From assembly GCF_036321535.1 (NCBI RefSeq), contig NC_087436.1, positions 71,860,001 through 71,924,000 on the forward strand: DNA of 64,000 nucleotides. Direction: 5' to 3'. The position numbers and the translations under genes were made by a program. Source of the DNA: Camelus dromedarius (lineage: Eukaryota). Below, in pieces: positions 14,400 through 25,294 of the stretch (position 1 is its first letter; each line of letters begins with the position of its first letter). A model generated the notes under the pieces. That model made no database searches. It had not been told where the DNA came from and saw nothing but the letters and a program-made list of their open reading frames with translations.

Positions 14400-14640
14400 T
14401 GACACCATAGGGTTATGGTGAAAATGGGAATATGTGAAAACTGTATCAACTCATTTAATTCTCATAACAATGTTTAGAAAGTAGAATCTACTATTATCAC
14501 CACTTAACATATGAGGAAACTGGAAAGAGGTTATATACCTTGCCCAAGATCACAAAGCTAGTGAGTGATGAATCAAGGATATGAATCCAAGCTCCATTCC
14601 TGCTCTTCACCATTATGTCAGACTTGACACACATTAGGTA
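14400..14640. mobile_element. MIR SINE fragments
   Basis: atttaattctcataacaa...atgaggaaactgga...ttgcccaagatcacaaagctagtgagtg. Confidence 0.7.
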
Positions 14641-14691
14641 CTGATTAAATAGTACTTTTTATTGTGGTTTTAAAATGTAAATATATCTAGG

Positions 14692-14827
14692 GAAGGAGGG
14701 TATAGCTCAGTGGTAGAATGCCTGCTTAGCATGCACAAGGTCCTGGGTTCAATCCCCAGTACTTCCATGAAAAAACAAATAAATAAATAAACCTAATTAC
14801 CTCCCCCTCAAAAATGAGGGAGGGGAA
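14692..14827 (+). mobile_element. tRNA-Ala(AGC)-derived SINE (Vic-1-like, camelid), long form
   Basis: GGGTATAGCTCAGTGGTAGA...CTTAGCATGC...GGTTCAATCCCCAGTAC with A and B boxes and an AAAT tail. TSD gtaa[a/c]tatatctagg at 14677-14691 and 14828-14842. Confidence 0.9.
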
Positions 14828-17800
14828 GTAACTATATCTAGGTGGTTTAAGGTATTTATCAGGCACTCAACAATCAATGTCCATTGGTTTAAATGGCTTT
14901 CCCCCAATACCTATGAGAGATCACCATCACTAACAGAAGTAATTAAGTAATTAAAAGACCTTGAAATCCAAACTTCAGCTATTCAGCAGCAATGGATCCA
15001 AGAAGGAAGGAAAAAATTCTATTTCTTCTCGTGGTTTTCTAAATGAATTCTGGATCCTCCCTAGTTACCAGTTATTCACTGTAAAATTTTTTAGCAAGTA
15101 CTGTGCTTCAGTAGAATAGGAGACAAGATAATTATGACAGAACTACTGCTTCGAAGATCTTCACATCTCGTTTACAAATAATGCTTTGTCAATTAAGAGA
15201 TGAAACTGGTGAACAAGTAAGCTTCTTTGAGCTAATCTAGGATTCTACCATTACAACAGAGGAACTTAGCATTTTTCTATTAAAAAAGCTAACAGAAAAA
15301 GATTTGAAAGTGAACTTGAGGAAATACAATCTACTTCTGAAATAACTGTTCTTCCTCCCTCTTTCTCAATCCTACATCTTTCATGTTTGTCTATAAACAG
15401 ATTCTCCTTGGCCTTGCAAATCCTTTCAAAAGGGGATGATTAAGTCAGTACTTATTTACTAGCTTCCCTTGCCTAAAACTTTTTCACTAGATTTGTCTCT
15501 TAAATTTAAAGCCTCAAATTACCTATCAAATACAGATGGATTTCTGATCAATTCCTACTATACTTATATTTTATGCATCTTAAACAATGTTACTTTTGAA
15601 CATGAGTTCTACCTTTAACAGCAAGTTTTTTCCCCCTTTGAATTCTGCTTTAGCAAAAACTGATGCCATCCAATTACATTTAAAATTAAATTCAAGAGAA
15701 GGCAATGTTATTTCTGAAATGGAATATCAATTCTTGCAACTTCAACATTTTTTTTCTTGTAATATTCGAGTAAGCTATTCAATTAATTTAGTCCACTATC
15801 TGGAAAAGAAGTTAATCAGAGCTTTCATGTTAGGAAATACGTTTCTGCCTATTTCCATATTGGTCAGTCATCCATTGAAAGCAATGGGTACTGAGAAAAT
15901 TATGCAATTTTCAATTTTTTATCTAAGGTTTTATGTCAAACTGAGGAGGTTGGAGAAGGATGAGGAGAGCTCTTGGTCTTATATTTTTATTTACAGGTAT
16001 ATCTGAAGTTATGCAAATTATCTAAAACATGATTATTCTACTCTGAAATACTGAAGAGAAAATCCAATTCTCAATAACCTACTCTAACATTTAGTAAAAA
16101 TTAGATTCTTTTTCTTGAACATTCAAATAAAGCTTTTATTTAAATTGAATCTCCTTTCCTTCCAATGTTTCATCTTTCAGGAGATATACAGAATATTCAG
16201 CTACCATTTTATGACAGCCAACATATATATTTTTGTTAAACTATCCTCTATTATTTCAAGTTAAATACCTCAAAACTATAACCTTTCTACTCCTTCTTAA
16301 CCTTTCAATGACTTTTATTGGAAAGGATAATCTCAAGGATTTTATCCATATTTTTCATTCTGTAGCCAATAACAGAATGAATTAGAGAAAAGACTTAAGT
16401 ACAATTAAATATTAGCCACAAGACCTCCTAGCTATAGAAAGTTAAACTTCTACTGACATGTTAATAAAATGGTAAAGAAATGAAAAGCACTGCACAACTC
16501 ATCCATTTAGCTTATAGTGTACTGTGATGATTAGGTTTATTTCTCTATTTTGGTCAAGGATGGAGACAGGTACAGAGAAATACTGTACTCCTGTCTGCTT
16601 ATCCCTCATCATGTACCTGTATAGATTTATTTTTAATGGTTGTACTTCCTTACGCTAATTTCTCCTGACTCATCTCCACAACAAATGACAAACCCATTGT
16701 TTACACCACTGTGCAGATGACAGAATAAAGTACATTAAAAATAAAGAAAACACTCCCTTAGTTGACCAATCAGCATATACCATTCCCAACTTTCAAGGAA
16801 AAACAAACCTCACAAAACTAAGACACCTACAAACTTAAGCCTACATGATTTAAGGAATTACTAAGAGTTTTGCTTATTAGGCCAAATTCTAATGGACAGA
16901 ACTTATCTATGTATGTAAAGTTTACAGCATAGTATTTCAGTAAGTACTCCACTCAATATGGTAACATTTCTTCAGAGGATTTAAAATCTTAATAAAATAT
17001 TGGTATTTTGTCCATAGCTGCATGACTGTGTTACCTTGCAATTCATTGCCTGTTTTTTGAAAAAGGTCAGGAGGGAGGTAGAAAAAATAAATTGTCATAA
17101 AGTATACTGGTCTGAATCATTTGAAAGCTTTGATTTCCACTTTTGCTGCTACTCATCACAACCAGTTTTCTCAAAACAAAAACAAAAACAAAACACCTGT
17201 TTTCCTCATTTTTAAAATAAAAGTGCTGGATGAGATTTTTCTAAAATTTTTTTTATCTCTGTAAAAATAATACAATTGAATGATTCTAACTACCACAATA
17301 GATTTTAATGGGAATAAGGATCCTGTCACATCCTTCTCTTCACTGTTTCAAATACAGCCTGAGTAACACACTATCCTGAAATACCCAACCCATGTCAATA
17401 CAAAACCTATCAATACAAACCTATGCTTAGAATTCAGTAGGTTAAATGGAATAGCGGGAAGTGTCCATCTTTTTGGTCTACATACTTTAAGTATTACATT
17501 TCTATCTCTATAACTTCATCCAGTCCCAGGTAAAAGAGAATCTGGTCTTTGACTAACAGACAAGATTCAAACTCTTTAAAAGATATTTTCCCTATTTGAA
17601 CAGAACCCAAGATCCAATAATGTAATTTTCAAAAAACTAGCCTTGCACCAAAATTAGCTGTGTTTGTGGAAGAGAATAACTGGCAAGTGGTACTTCTAGA
17701 TAATTCAGTTGTTCTTTCTTATGACTAAATTTATAATTAGCCTTTAGAGCTGTTTTCTTTCTGCTGCCTTAAGTTACAACTTCTTTCTTCAGATCAAGAT

Positions 17801-18842
17801 TTTCTAGCTTCCATTTCAGGGAGTGGACAAGAGAGTTACAAAAGAGATGATAACTAGTAAGGCTAACTCTTAGTTTGTTCTCAGTATGGTATGTTTTACC
17901 GAGCTTTTGGTTAAATGACCTTCTTTTTGAAGAATGAGGTCCTGCAACGCCGCCTATCTGTGGACCCAGGAAAAATTATAAACAGTTATTATGAAACCAG
18001 ATCACTAGGACAAACCAAGAGGCCTTCCTATTCCAACTCACCACAACCAAGCCTGGCTCCAAAGCAGACTCTTTAGCTGCCTATGTTATGTGGAAAGCAA
18101 CAGGGCCTAGCTTAATTCTTGCTCACTAAGGAAGCATTTGAAAATGTATGAGTGTGTATATGTAAGGATCAAATATATTTTTTGTCCACTGAGTTATATA
18201 TAAATGTACAGAGATATAGGATCAGTTCATCCAAAATCCCTGAAACGGAAGTGAAGGTTACTTCGCCAGCCACAATAGTTATGAAAAAAACCTGCAGCAG
18301 AACAGTATGGAAAAGTACAGCTTCTCACGTGTCTCTCACATACACAGATACTTAGTTGTGAGTCCATTACAACCTTGCCTCCCCCAAAAAACTGCTCCCC
18401 TCCACCTCACAAGTGGGAGAAATTTACCAACCTCCTAGCCGTTCCCCAAGAGCCTCATCTACCTATTATCTTACCCCTCCCGCTATGGTCCCGCCCCCGC
18501 CCCAGGAGTAACATGGCCTTACTGGCCTCAGGCCGACCCCGCTGGGTGTGCAAATAGGGAATCTAACCAATTCCCTCCATCCTTAACCGTGAGAACCATC
18601 CCAGGGTAACGTGCTGTTCACCAACTCTGCGGACTCTGTGGTCCTCCCACCCCCACGTGTCAGCTACCCTCCCCCACATGCCCACACCTCACGATTTCGG
18701 CCGGGAAAAGAAAGAGGGCAGTGGAAAGCTTGGCCCCTAAGACAGATCAACCCCACAGGAATCTGTCCCACCTCAAGTTCCCTCCCACCTTTGGCCCCTA
18801 CCCTTAACCCTCCCTTCCTCCCTCGTTCTTTTGAAACCAGGC

Positions 18843-18851
18843 CCTTGCCTC
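18843..18851 (-). other. GC-type 5' splice donor of ANKRD17 intron 1 (GAG|GCAAGG)
   Basis: The minus strand reads GAG GTT TCT GAG|GCAAGGGC; protein similarity ends exactly here and the site is close to the GC-donor consensus AG|GCAAGT. Confidence 0.75.
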
Positions 18852-19253
18852 AGAAACCTCCTCTTCCTCGTCGTCGTCGTCCTCTTCTTCCTCACTGTTG
18901 TTGCTGCTGGTGCCGCCGCCGCCGCCACCTCCTCCTCCGCCGCCTCCACCGCCGCCGCTGTTGTCGCTGTCGCTGCTGCTTTCGCTGCTGCTGGGGGGTC
19001 GGCAAGTCCGGTTACGCTTGGCCTTGTGGTGTTGCTGCTGCGGCGGCTTCTTCTTCAGGAGCAGGTCGCAGACTCGCACCATCCCACGAGGAGACGAGGC
19101 CGAGCGAGCCCCGCTGCCGCCGCCAACGCCTCCGCCGACCTCCACCGCCGCCGCCGCCGCGGGGGGGCCCGCCACAGCCACCACCGCCGGGGGGCTCCCT
19201 TCTCCCTCAGCCGCCGCCGCCGCCGCCGCCACCGGAACCGTCGCCTTCTCCAT
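18849..19253 (-). CDS. ANKRD17: Ankyrin repeat domain-containing protein 17, coding part of exon 1 (135 codons, phase-0 junction)
   Basis: The translation MEKATVPVAAA...RGMVRVCDLLLKKKPPQQQHHKAKRNRTCRPPSSSESSSDSDNS(G)15TSSNNSEEEEDDDDEEEEVSE matches the recalled ANKRD17 N-terminus, which continues VESFILDQ in the next exon (outside the window). Similarity stops after VSE at GAG|GCAAGG. The ATG context gggATGg is a strong Kozak. Confidence 0.96.
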
Positions 19254-19470
19254 CCCCGGGGAAAGAGGGAGGGCGCGGGCGGGGGAGGGGCGTGGGGGCT
19301 ACGCTCTACCGCGACTTCGGCCTCACCGGGGCCGACACAGCACTCGGTGCCGCCTCCGCCGCCACCGCCTCGGTCACCTCTACTGCCGCCGCCGCCGCCG
19401 CCGCTCCGCCAGCTCTCACCTCGTCTCGCGATACTAAGGGCGGGGAGCCTGACGATGGGAGGGAGGGAGA

Positions 19471-19523
19471 GGGAGGGAGCGTGAGGGAGCGTGAGGGAGC
19501 GTGAGGGAGCGGGGGGGGGGGGG
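19471..19523. repeat. 10-bp tandem repeat (GTGAGGGAGC)x3 plus one variant unit, followed by G13
   Basis: gggagggagc gtgagggagc gtgagggagc gtgagggagc ggggggggggggg. Confidence 0.95.
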
Positions 19524-21574
19524 CGGTTAGAGGCAAAGAGGGAGACCGGGGTGTCGGGAGACCCAGCGGAAGGGAGACTACCCAGAGACCAGGGAAGTGT
19601 GCCTAAGGCGACTTCCGATGGGGGGACGGTGAGGACAGAGGAGGCGCGCAGTTACTGTCGTAGCACCCGCGAACACCCGGATTTCTCTTTTCTCGCTATT
19701 TCCCCCCCACACGCAGCCCTCAGACCTCCCTTCTTCCTTCCTTGCTGGTGATTAGAACGCAGCCGCAGGCGGAAGTAGAGGTGACGCCATCAGCCGTCGC
19801 CTGAGCAGTGGCGCGCGGGTGGCTGAAAGATGAAAGTGAGCTTTCGAGGGCCGGGTTCCGGGCCCTCGCGGGAGGGCAGAACTGCGGTGCGTGGAGCTGG
19901 CTGGCAGGCTGGAGAAGGGCGGCCCGGGCCGGTTGGAAAGCGGGTGCGGAAGCGCAGACCAGACACTTTGTTAGCGGGAGGCCCTGACCGCCAGATCCGG
20001 GAGGTGGGGCCTTGTTCTGGGCTGTTGTACGTAGTTTCGTGCCTGGCCATTTTTTTCTACCGCCAAATGGTGAGTTAGGGCTTTGAATCTAGAGAGATGG
20101 CGTCGTGTAAAGGAAAGAGCCCCCTTTTCCTAAGTTTAACTTTTGAATCATAGACTTCATGAACCTCTGAGTTTATACTTGTGTAGCATGAAGGAGATCC
20201 AAAGTTTCCGAAGGAGAGAAGACAGGAGAAGGAAGCAGGAACCGTGCCCGTCTTTGCAGACGATTCAGTCCTTCCACCCTTCACCTACTCAGCTTTTATC
20301 TGTGAAGTGAGCATCATAAATAATCATCCTTTTCTGTGAATCTCTTGGAAGGAATATTGTAATGGGAGTTGTGAGTTCATTCGTGGGTGTCTGAAGAACT
20401 TTCAGGACTTTTGAAATAATAGTGTAGCTTACTGAACTCAGAATTATCTCTTTCTGGTTCAATAAGAACAGTGGCATAAGGAAAATAAAGGAAACATCAA
20501 AGGCAGATATACTGGCACAAGATAAAAAGTATGCCTCAGTTGACATAGTTGCCATTTTAAGACTGCTTAGTTTAGCTGAGTGTGCCTGAAATTTTTTTAG
20601 CCTTTTTTTTCTTTTTAGTATTGGCATGCCATATGAAATGTGGGCAGTTGCCAGTACTCTAGAGAGTACTATGGCAGAATTGGCAATGATTGAATCAATT
20701 CATTCAAACAAAAATTCATCATGTGCCTACTGTGTGCATAGTTTATAAAATAAATCTCTGCTTCCAGGGGGCTTTACAATGTAATAAGTGCTATAGTAAA
20801 TACGTGACACAAAGTGCTAACCATCTGCCTGTACCTCTCCTACAGCGGTTGCTAAGTTCTGGTGCAGAACAGTACACTACAGTGTATATTTTAACACCAG
20901 AGATTTAGGTCTATAACCTCAGCTGGATTCCTCCTTCCTACTTATCTATTGTATTCTTCAGCACTTTATCCCCTCCTCCCACCAAGATATTTTTGCAGTG
21001 TTTAAATCCCAGCCACATTTCATTATATGTCTTTACTTCAAACTTCACAAGAAGATTGATGCTATTAGGTACAAAATCCTTCAGTTTTCCAAATGCTGGA
21101 AGCTGATACTTCTGGATCTTTTCTTTCCTCCAGTGTCAGAGGAATGAGATACTCCCTGCTCTTACACAAGGTGAAGTATCTGTATGTACTTTAGTTCCAA
21201 TCCCCTCTTGCCCTTCTGTTTGTTATCTTTTCTGTCTCCAATCCTCTACATTTGTGGTTCCACTCTTACTTCCTTTCCTTTACAACCAAGCTTTAAAGAG
21301 TATTCTATGTTCAGTTTCTCTTTTTGTTTCCTAAATTTCACTTACTAACCCTCTGCAGTCTAACTTCTCTACCTATAACACTATCAAAAACACTTTCTTT
21401 GAAGTAATCCCATTGTTTAGAAGAAAGTGAATTCTTGCTTTATATAGTAATGAAATGATTAACTTCTTGGAACTAGTAGAATAAGGTCCAACCCATTAGA
21501 ATGGTCAAAGCCCCTGGAGTGACTTTCTGTTATTTTTATTTAGCATTTTTTGCCTTTTAGAACTTTGTAGCAGA

Positions 21575-22965
21575 AACTTGACTAGTCATTCATTAAACAT
21601 ATTTCTTCTTCCTGGACATACAGCTAGACTAAATATCCCAATTTCCCTTGCAGTCAGTTGTGACCATGTGAGACCATGTGATTGACTTAAGTGAAATGTG
21701 AATGGAAGTAATGCACTCATTTCCAGGCTTAGAGAAGTCCTTCTATTCCTCCCTTAGTCTTTCTCCATCAACTTGAAGCTAGTGAGTATGGTAACCTTGA
21801 AAACTATATGTTAGAGATGCCAGAGCCAGAAGCAGGAAGGAGCACGAGTGGCTGAATTAATACTCGGGAAGACAGACACCTCCAAATTATAAACACTTAT
21901 TTTTGGACTTCTTGTAAGAAAGAAAATTGAGGTTTGATAATTTATTTCATAGGAGTTAGAATGAACATAACTTCGAAATTGGTATTGACAGTAGGGTACT
22001 GCTAAGATAGTAACCTAAATATGTTGTGTCAACTTAGTGATGATGTAGCAGATGTTGGAGAAACTGGTATGAGAGGCTGGAAAAAGGATACCCATGTTTT
22101 GCAGTGGCAAAATAGTTGGTAAAACTGTCACCCATGATAATTGAAAAGCATATTAGCCATCTATTGAGTCGTTAGCTCTGTACAGTCTTAATAATAAGAG
22201 GTAATCGTTCAAAAGAGTAAAAGTAATGGTATATTTTGAGTTTTTACGTTTTACCTTAAGCAAGATTTTACTAAAGAGATAAGCTCAGGAAACAACTGCA
22301 GAAATGAAAATGCATAGAAATATTTGGAAAGATTGGGAAAGCTGACTTTTTCTAGACCTTGCACAGTTAAAAAAAAAAAGATGAAACTGGAAGAGGTCTT
22401 GAATACAGTCCCCTCAAGATTTAGTACTGGAACAAAGATCAAATCAAGTTTTTGGCCTTCCCATCCAAGGCCATTATTTCAGATGGCCTCAAGGTAGCTG
22501 GGATGAAGTTCTTGAGAAACTGACATGGGAGCAAAGAAGCAAAGAAGTAAATCAGGTTTGAGAATTATGTGAGAAAGAACTTTGGGTGTAATTACTGGAA
22601 GAAAATAGATCACAGGACTAATTTTTGAAGGAATTTTATTAGTAATCAAATCATGAAACTGATTCAAATACTGTTCAAGTATTAAAACAGTGAGGCATCT
22701 CTTCAACCCCAAACTTACATAAGTAGAAAATTGGGCTTAAATGCTTTACAGCTTCCAGTACTCACATAGGATTTGGCCTTAGAGAATAATGGACAGAGAA
22801 CATTTCAGAGGCTGATGTCAGACCAAACAGAAGACAGAGCACAGACAAGTTCCTCTCCAAAACTAGATTGGGATCTCATCAAAACTTCTTCCACTCTCAG
22901 GGGAAATAGATCACAAAATGCCTACTCAGTATTTCATCATTGTTTTATTTATCTATATATCTATA

Positions 22966-23002
<37 letters not shown>

Positions 23003-23690
23003 TGCCTAGTGTCTCACATTTTTCTCTTTTCCTAATGACAGCATATTGTAGTTACCTCTTTCTTATCTACCCCTGTACATTGTGTTTGCTGGAACTTGGG
23101 GTGATATTAGAGATAACTTGTGTTTTTAACTCATAGGTTGCATTTGGACTTAATGAAGAGAAATGCACATTACCTGAAAATGTAGACTTTAAGCCTGACC
23201 TAGTGACTGGATAGAACTTTTAGGTTGTGTTTATTTGGGTAGGATGTGTTCCTTGTGTGGGAAAAGAGGTAAAATAGATATTTAGTAATCAGAATAGTGG
23301 ACTTTTGCTGATACTCAGTTCTTTTTGGGGGCACAATTCTTTTTAGATTTTATCTCCCAGCCTCCTTTACAATTAGGCTTACCAGTTAGATATGCCAGTT
23401 AGGTTCTAACCAGTAGAATATAAGTATAAATGATGTGTTCCTTTTGCAACTCTGGTCCATAAAAATATCACATGAAAAGTTTCTCAGCATTTCCCTATTC
23501 CTCACCAACTTAAGGCATTTGTATTGGAAGCCCTGTATTGAACATAGCGAAGCCACAAGGTGGAAAGACTCTGGTTTCCTGAATCTTCACTCAGAGGATA
23601 GCTGCCTGCCTATTAGGAATACTTGTGTTAGAGTTCATGTGCATTCTTTTGTGTGACCCACTGACATTTGAGAGTTTGTTCTAATATAGA
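21575..23690 (+). mobile_element. Two-LTR MaLR (MLT1J-like) provirus fossil: LTR about 21575-21960, internal about 21960-23290, LTR about 23300-23690
   Basis: The two flanks share ordered motifs (tcccaatttcccttgcagtcag / tcccagcctcctttacaattag; gccagaagcaggaaggagc / gccacaaggtggaaagactc). A PBS-like tggtattgacagtaggg follows the first LTR. Confidence 0.6.
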
Positions 23691-24962
23691 CCTACCCTTC
23701 TTTGCTCCAAGTGCAGCCATCCATTTCCCCCTCTTAACTCATACCTCAGAGGTAGGCTCATAAGTCAAGCTGGCCAAAGTTACCCTAATTCCTCAGTCAC
23801 AGTGATTGGTTTAAGAATGGGCAGGGTAACAAAAGCTAATCAGATAACAGCCTCACCATTTTGGCTAGCATTATTGAGAAAGAGGCACCTTACTCTGGCT
23901 AGAATTAAGCAAAAAAAATTACCTATGGCCTTTGGTCACCATGTAAAGTGAACCTGTCTGAGAATGAAATCATTGCAAGAAAATTGAAGCAGTCTCAATG
24001 GTATTGCAAGAGGGAAAAAGAGCCCATGAATTGAGACATGTATTTCTTGGCTCTCTCCTCAGGGTTGAAACCCTAAGGGGTAAGGGACAGATACTGCCAG
24101 GAAGACTTCGGAATTTAAAAACAGGGAACTTGTGGCTTGTGCCCTGTTTCCCACTTGGAATTTTGCCCAACAGAGGCAACTACAATCAAGTAGAAATGGC
24201 AGCATATTGTGTTTAAGCAGAGGGCCAGGCAGCATTGACCACCACTCTATTCCTGCATCTTCCTTGACAGCAGTGAACTGAAAAGGAGATACAGAATTCT
24301 TTAAGAGGTATGTAAATTTTGTTCACAGTAAGAGCCCAATTGCTTTATATGGGCTTACTGCAATACAGGATGGTGGAAACTTATGACAGAGGCTGTGGTA
24401 TGAATCCATGGGTTGGACAGAGGATCCTACTGAGAAGACATTAACACCCATAAATTCTAAGGTTAGCCCAGAGGAAAAACAGTCACACTTTCAGAGAATT
24501 GTTTACAACTTGTATGAAGAATGGACCTTCTAGCCACAAATTTAGACAAGAAGCAGACCAGATACTCCCTCCACCAATGCCATGATAGTAAGGGACTTAC
24601 CTCCCACAACCAGATAAAATCTTAGAAAGGAGAACAGCCTAATAATATCTTAAACTTTTACTTCCCTGTACTTCCATCCAAAATTGATGTGAAATTCAAA
24701 ATAGACTGTTAAACTGGAGAAGAGTAAGAAATCTCAGAATGGCAAGGTTTGGGTTTTTATTCCTGAGTAGTACATAAATTAGTACCAGTGTCAATAAATG
24801 ACACACCCTGAAATCTAAAACTGATGAGTGTAGGTGAGTTGCACAGTAATGATTCCATGGCTCTGGCTAGGAAGTTTGGTGATACTTACTATGTTGTAGC
24901 AAGCAAACAAGCTGTTAAATTTAGATCCTAGGCAATGTCTGTATCAAGATTAAAGTTTTAGG

Positions 24963-25009
24963 GGAATTGATAGAAGAAATGTCAGGAATTGATAGAAGAA
25001 ATGTCAGGA
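24963..25009. repeat. Perfect 22-bp tandem duplication
   Basis: ggaattgatagaagaaatgtca x2 plus gga. Confidence 0.95.
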
Positions 25010-25095
25010 TTTTGGAATGTGTCCATTAACGAGATCCTACAAGAAAGGGATGCACTTCAGTTCAAGGTAGCTATATAAATGCAGAAGAAAGAATA

Positions 25096-25294
25096 CAGTT
25101 GACCCTTGAACTGTAGATTTTTTTCAGTAAATACGATTGGCTCTCAGTATCCATGAGTTCCACGTATGTGGTTAAATCTGCAAATGCAGAATCCACAGAC
25201 ACGGAGGGCTGACTACTGGATTCAAGCGTCGGTGGATTTTGGTATCAGTGGCAGGTCCTGGAACCAGTCCCACTTGAGTACCAAGGAACAACTA
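25096..25294. mobile_element. Short non-autonomous TcMar-Tigger element (Tigger2/MER2-like)
   Basis: TA-cagttgacccttgaac left end; right end ggattttggtatc...gtcctggaaccagtccc...ccaaggaacaacta is an inverted-repeat partner. Confidence 0.78.

Larger units (their letters stand above)
1..18848 (-). other. ANKRD17: ANKRD17 intron 1 (proximal part; exon 2 lies beyond the left edge)
   Basis: Downstream of exon 1 on the minus strand, AT-rich and repeat-laden; no VESFILDQ-coding exon appears in the ORF track. Confidence 0.88.
18600..20260. promoter_or_regulatory. CpG island / ANKRD17 promoter and 5' UTR, probably bidirectional
   Basis: Sharp rise in GC and CpG content against an AT-rich background. 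ETS motifs ACTTCCG (19611-19617) and GGCGGAAGT (19768-19776), half-CRE GTGACG (19781-19786), YY1-like GATGGCG (minus at about 19785-19791, plus at about 20096-20102), TCTCGCGATA (19424-19433). Confidence 0.9.

Noticed and set aside
15587..16006. 139-aa ATG ORF antisense within intron 1
   Set aside because: AT-rich, with no recognisable domain, splice signals or promoter; consistent with chance.
18804..18848. C-terminal ARAWFQKNEGGREG of the 149-aa ORF
   Set aside because: Intronic read-through past the splice donor; not part of the known ANKRD17 protein.
18611..19504. Long plus-strand ORFs (297, 217 and 179 aa) overlapping ANKRD17 exon 1
   Set aside because: They are antisense shadows of GC-rich, repeat-codon coding sequence, with low complexity, mostly non-ATG starts and no recognisable homology.
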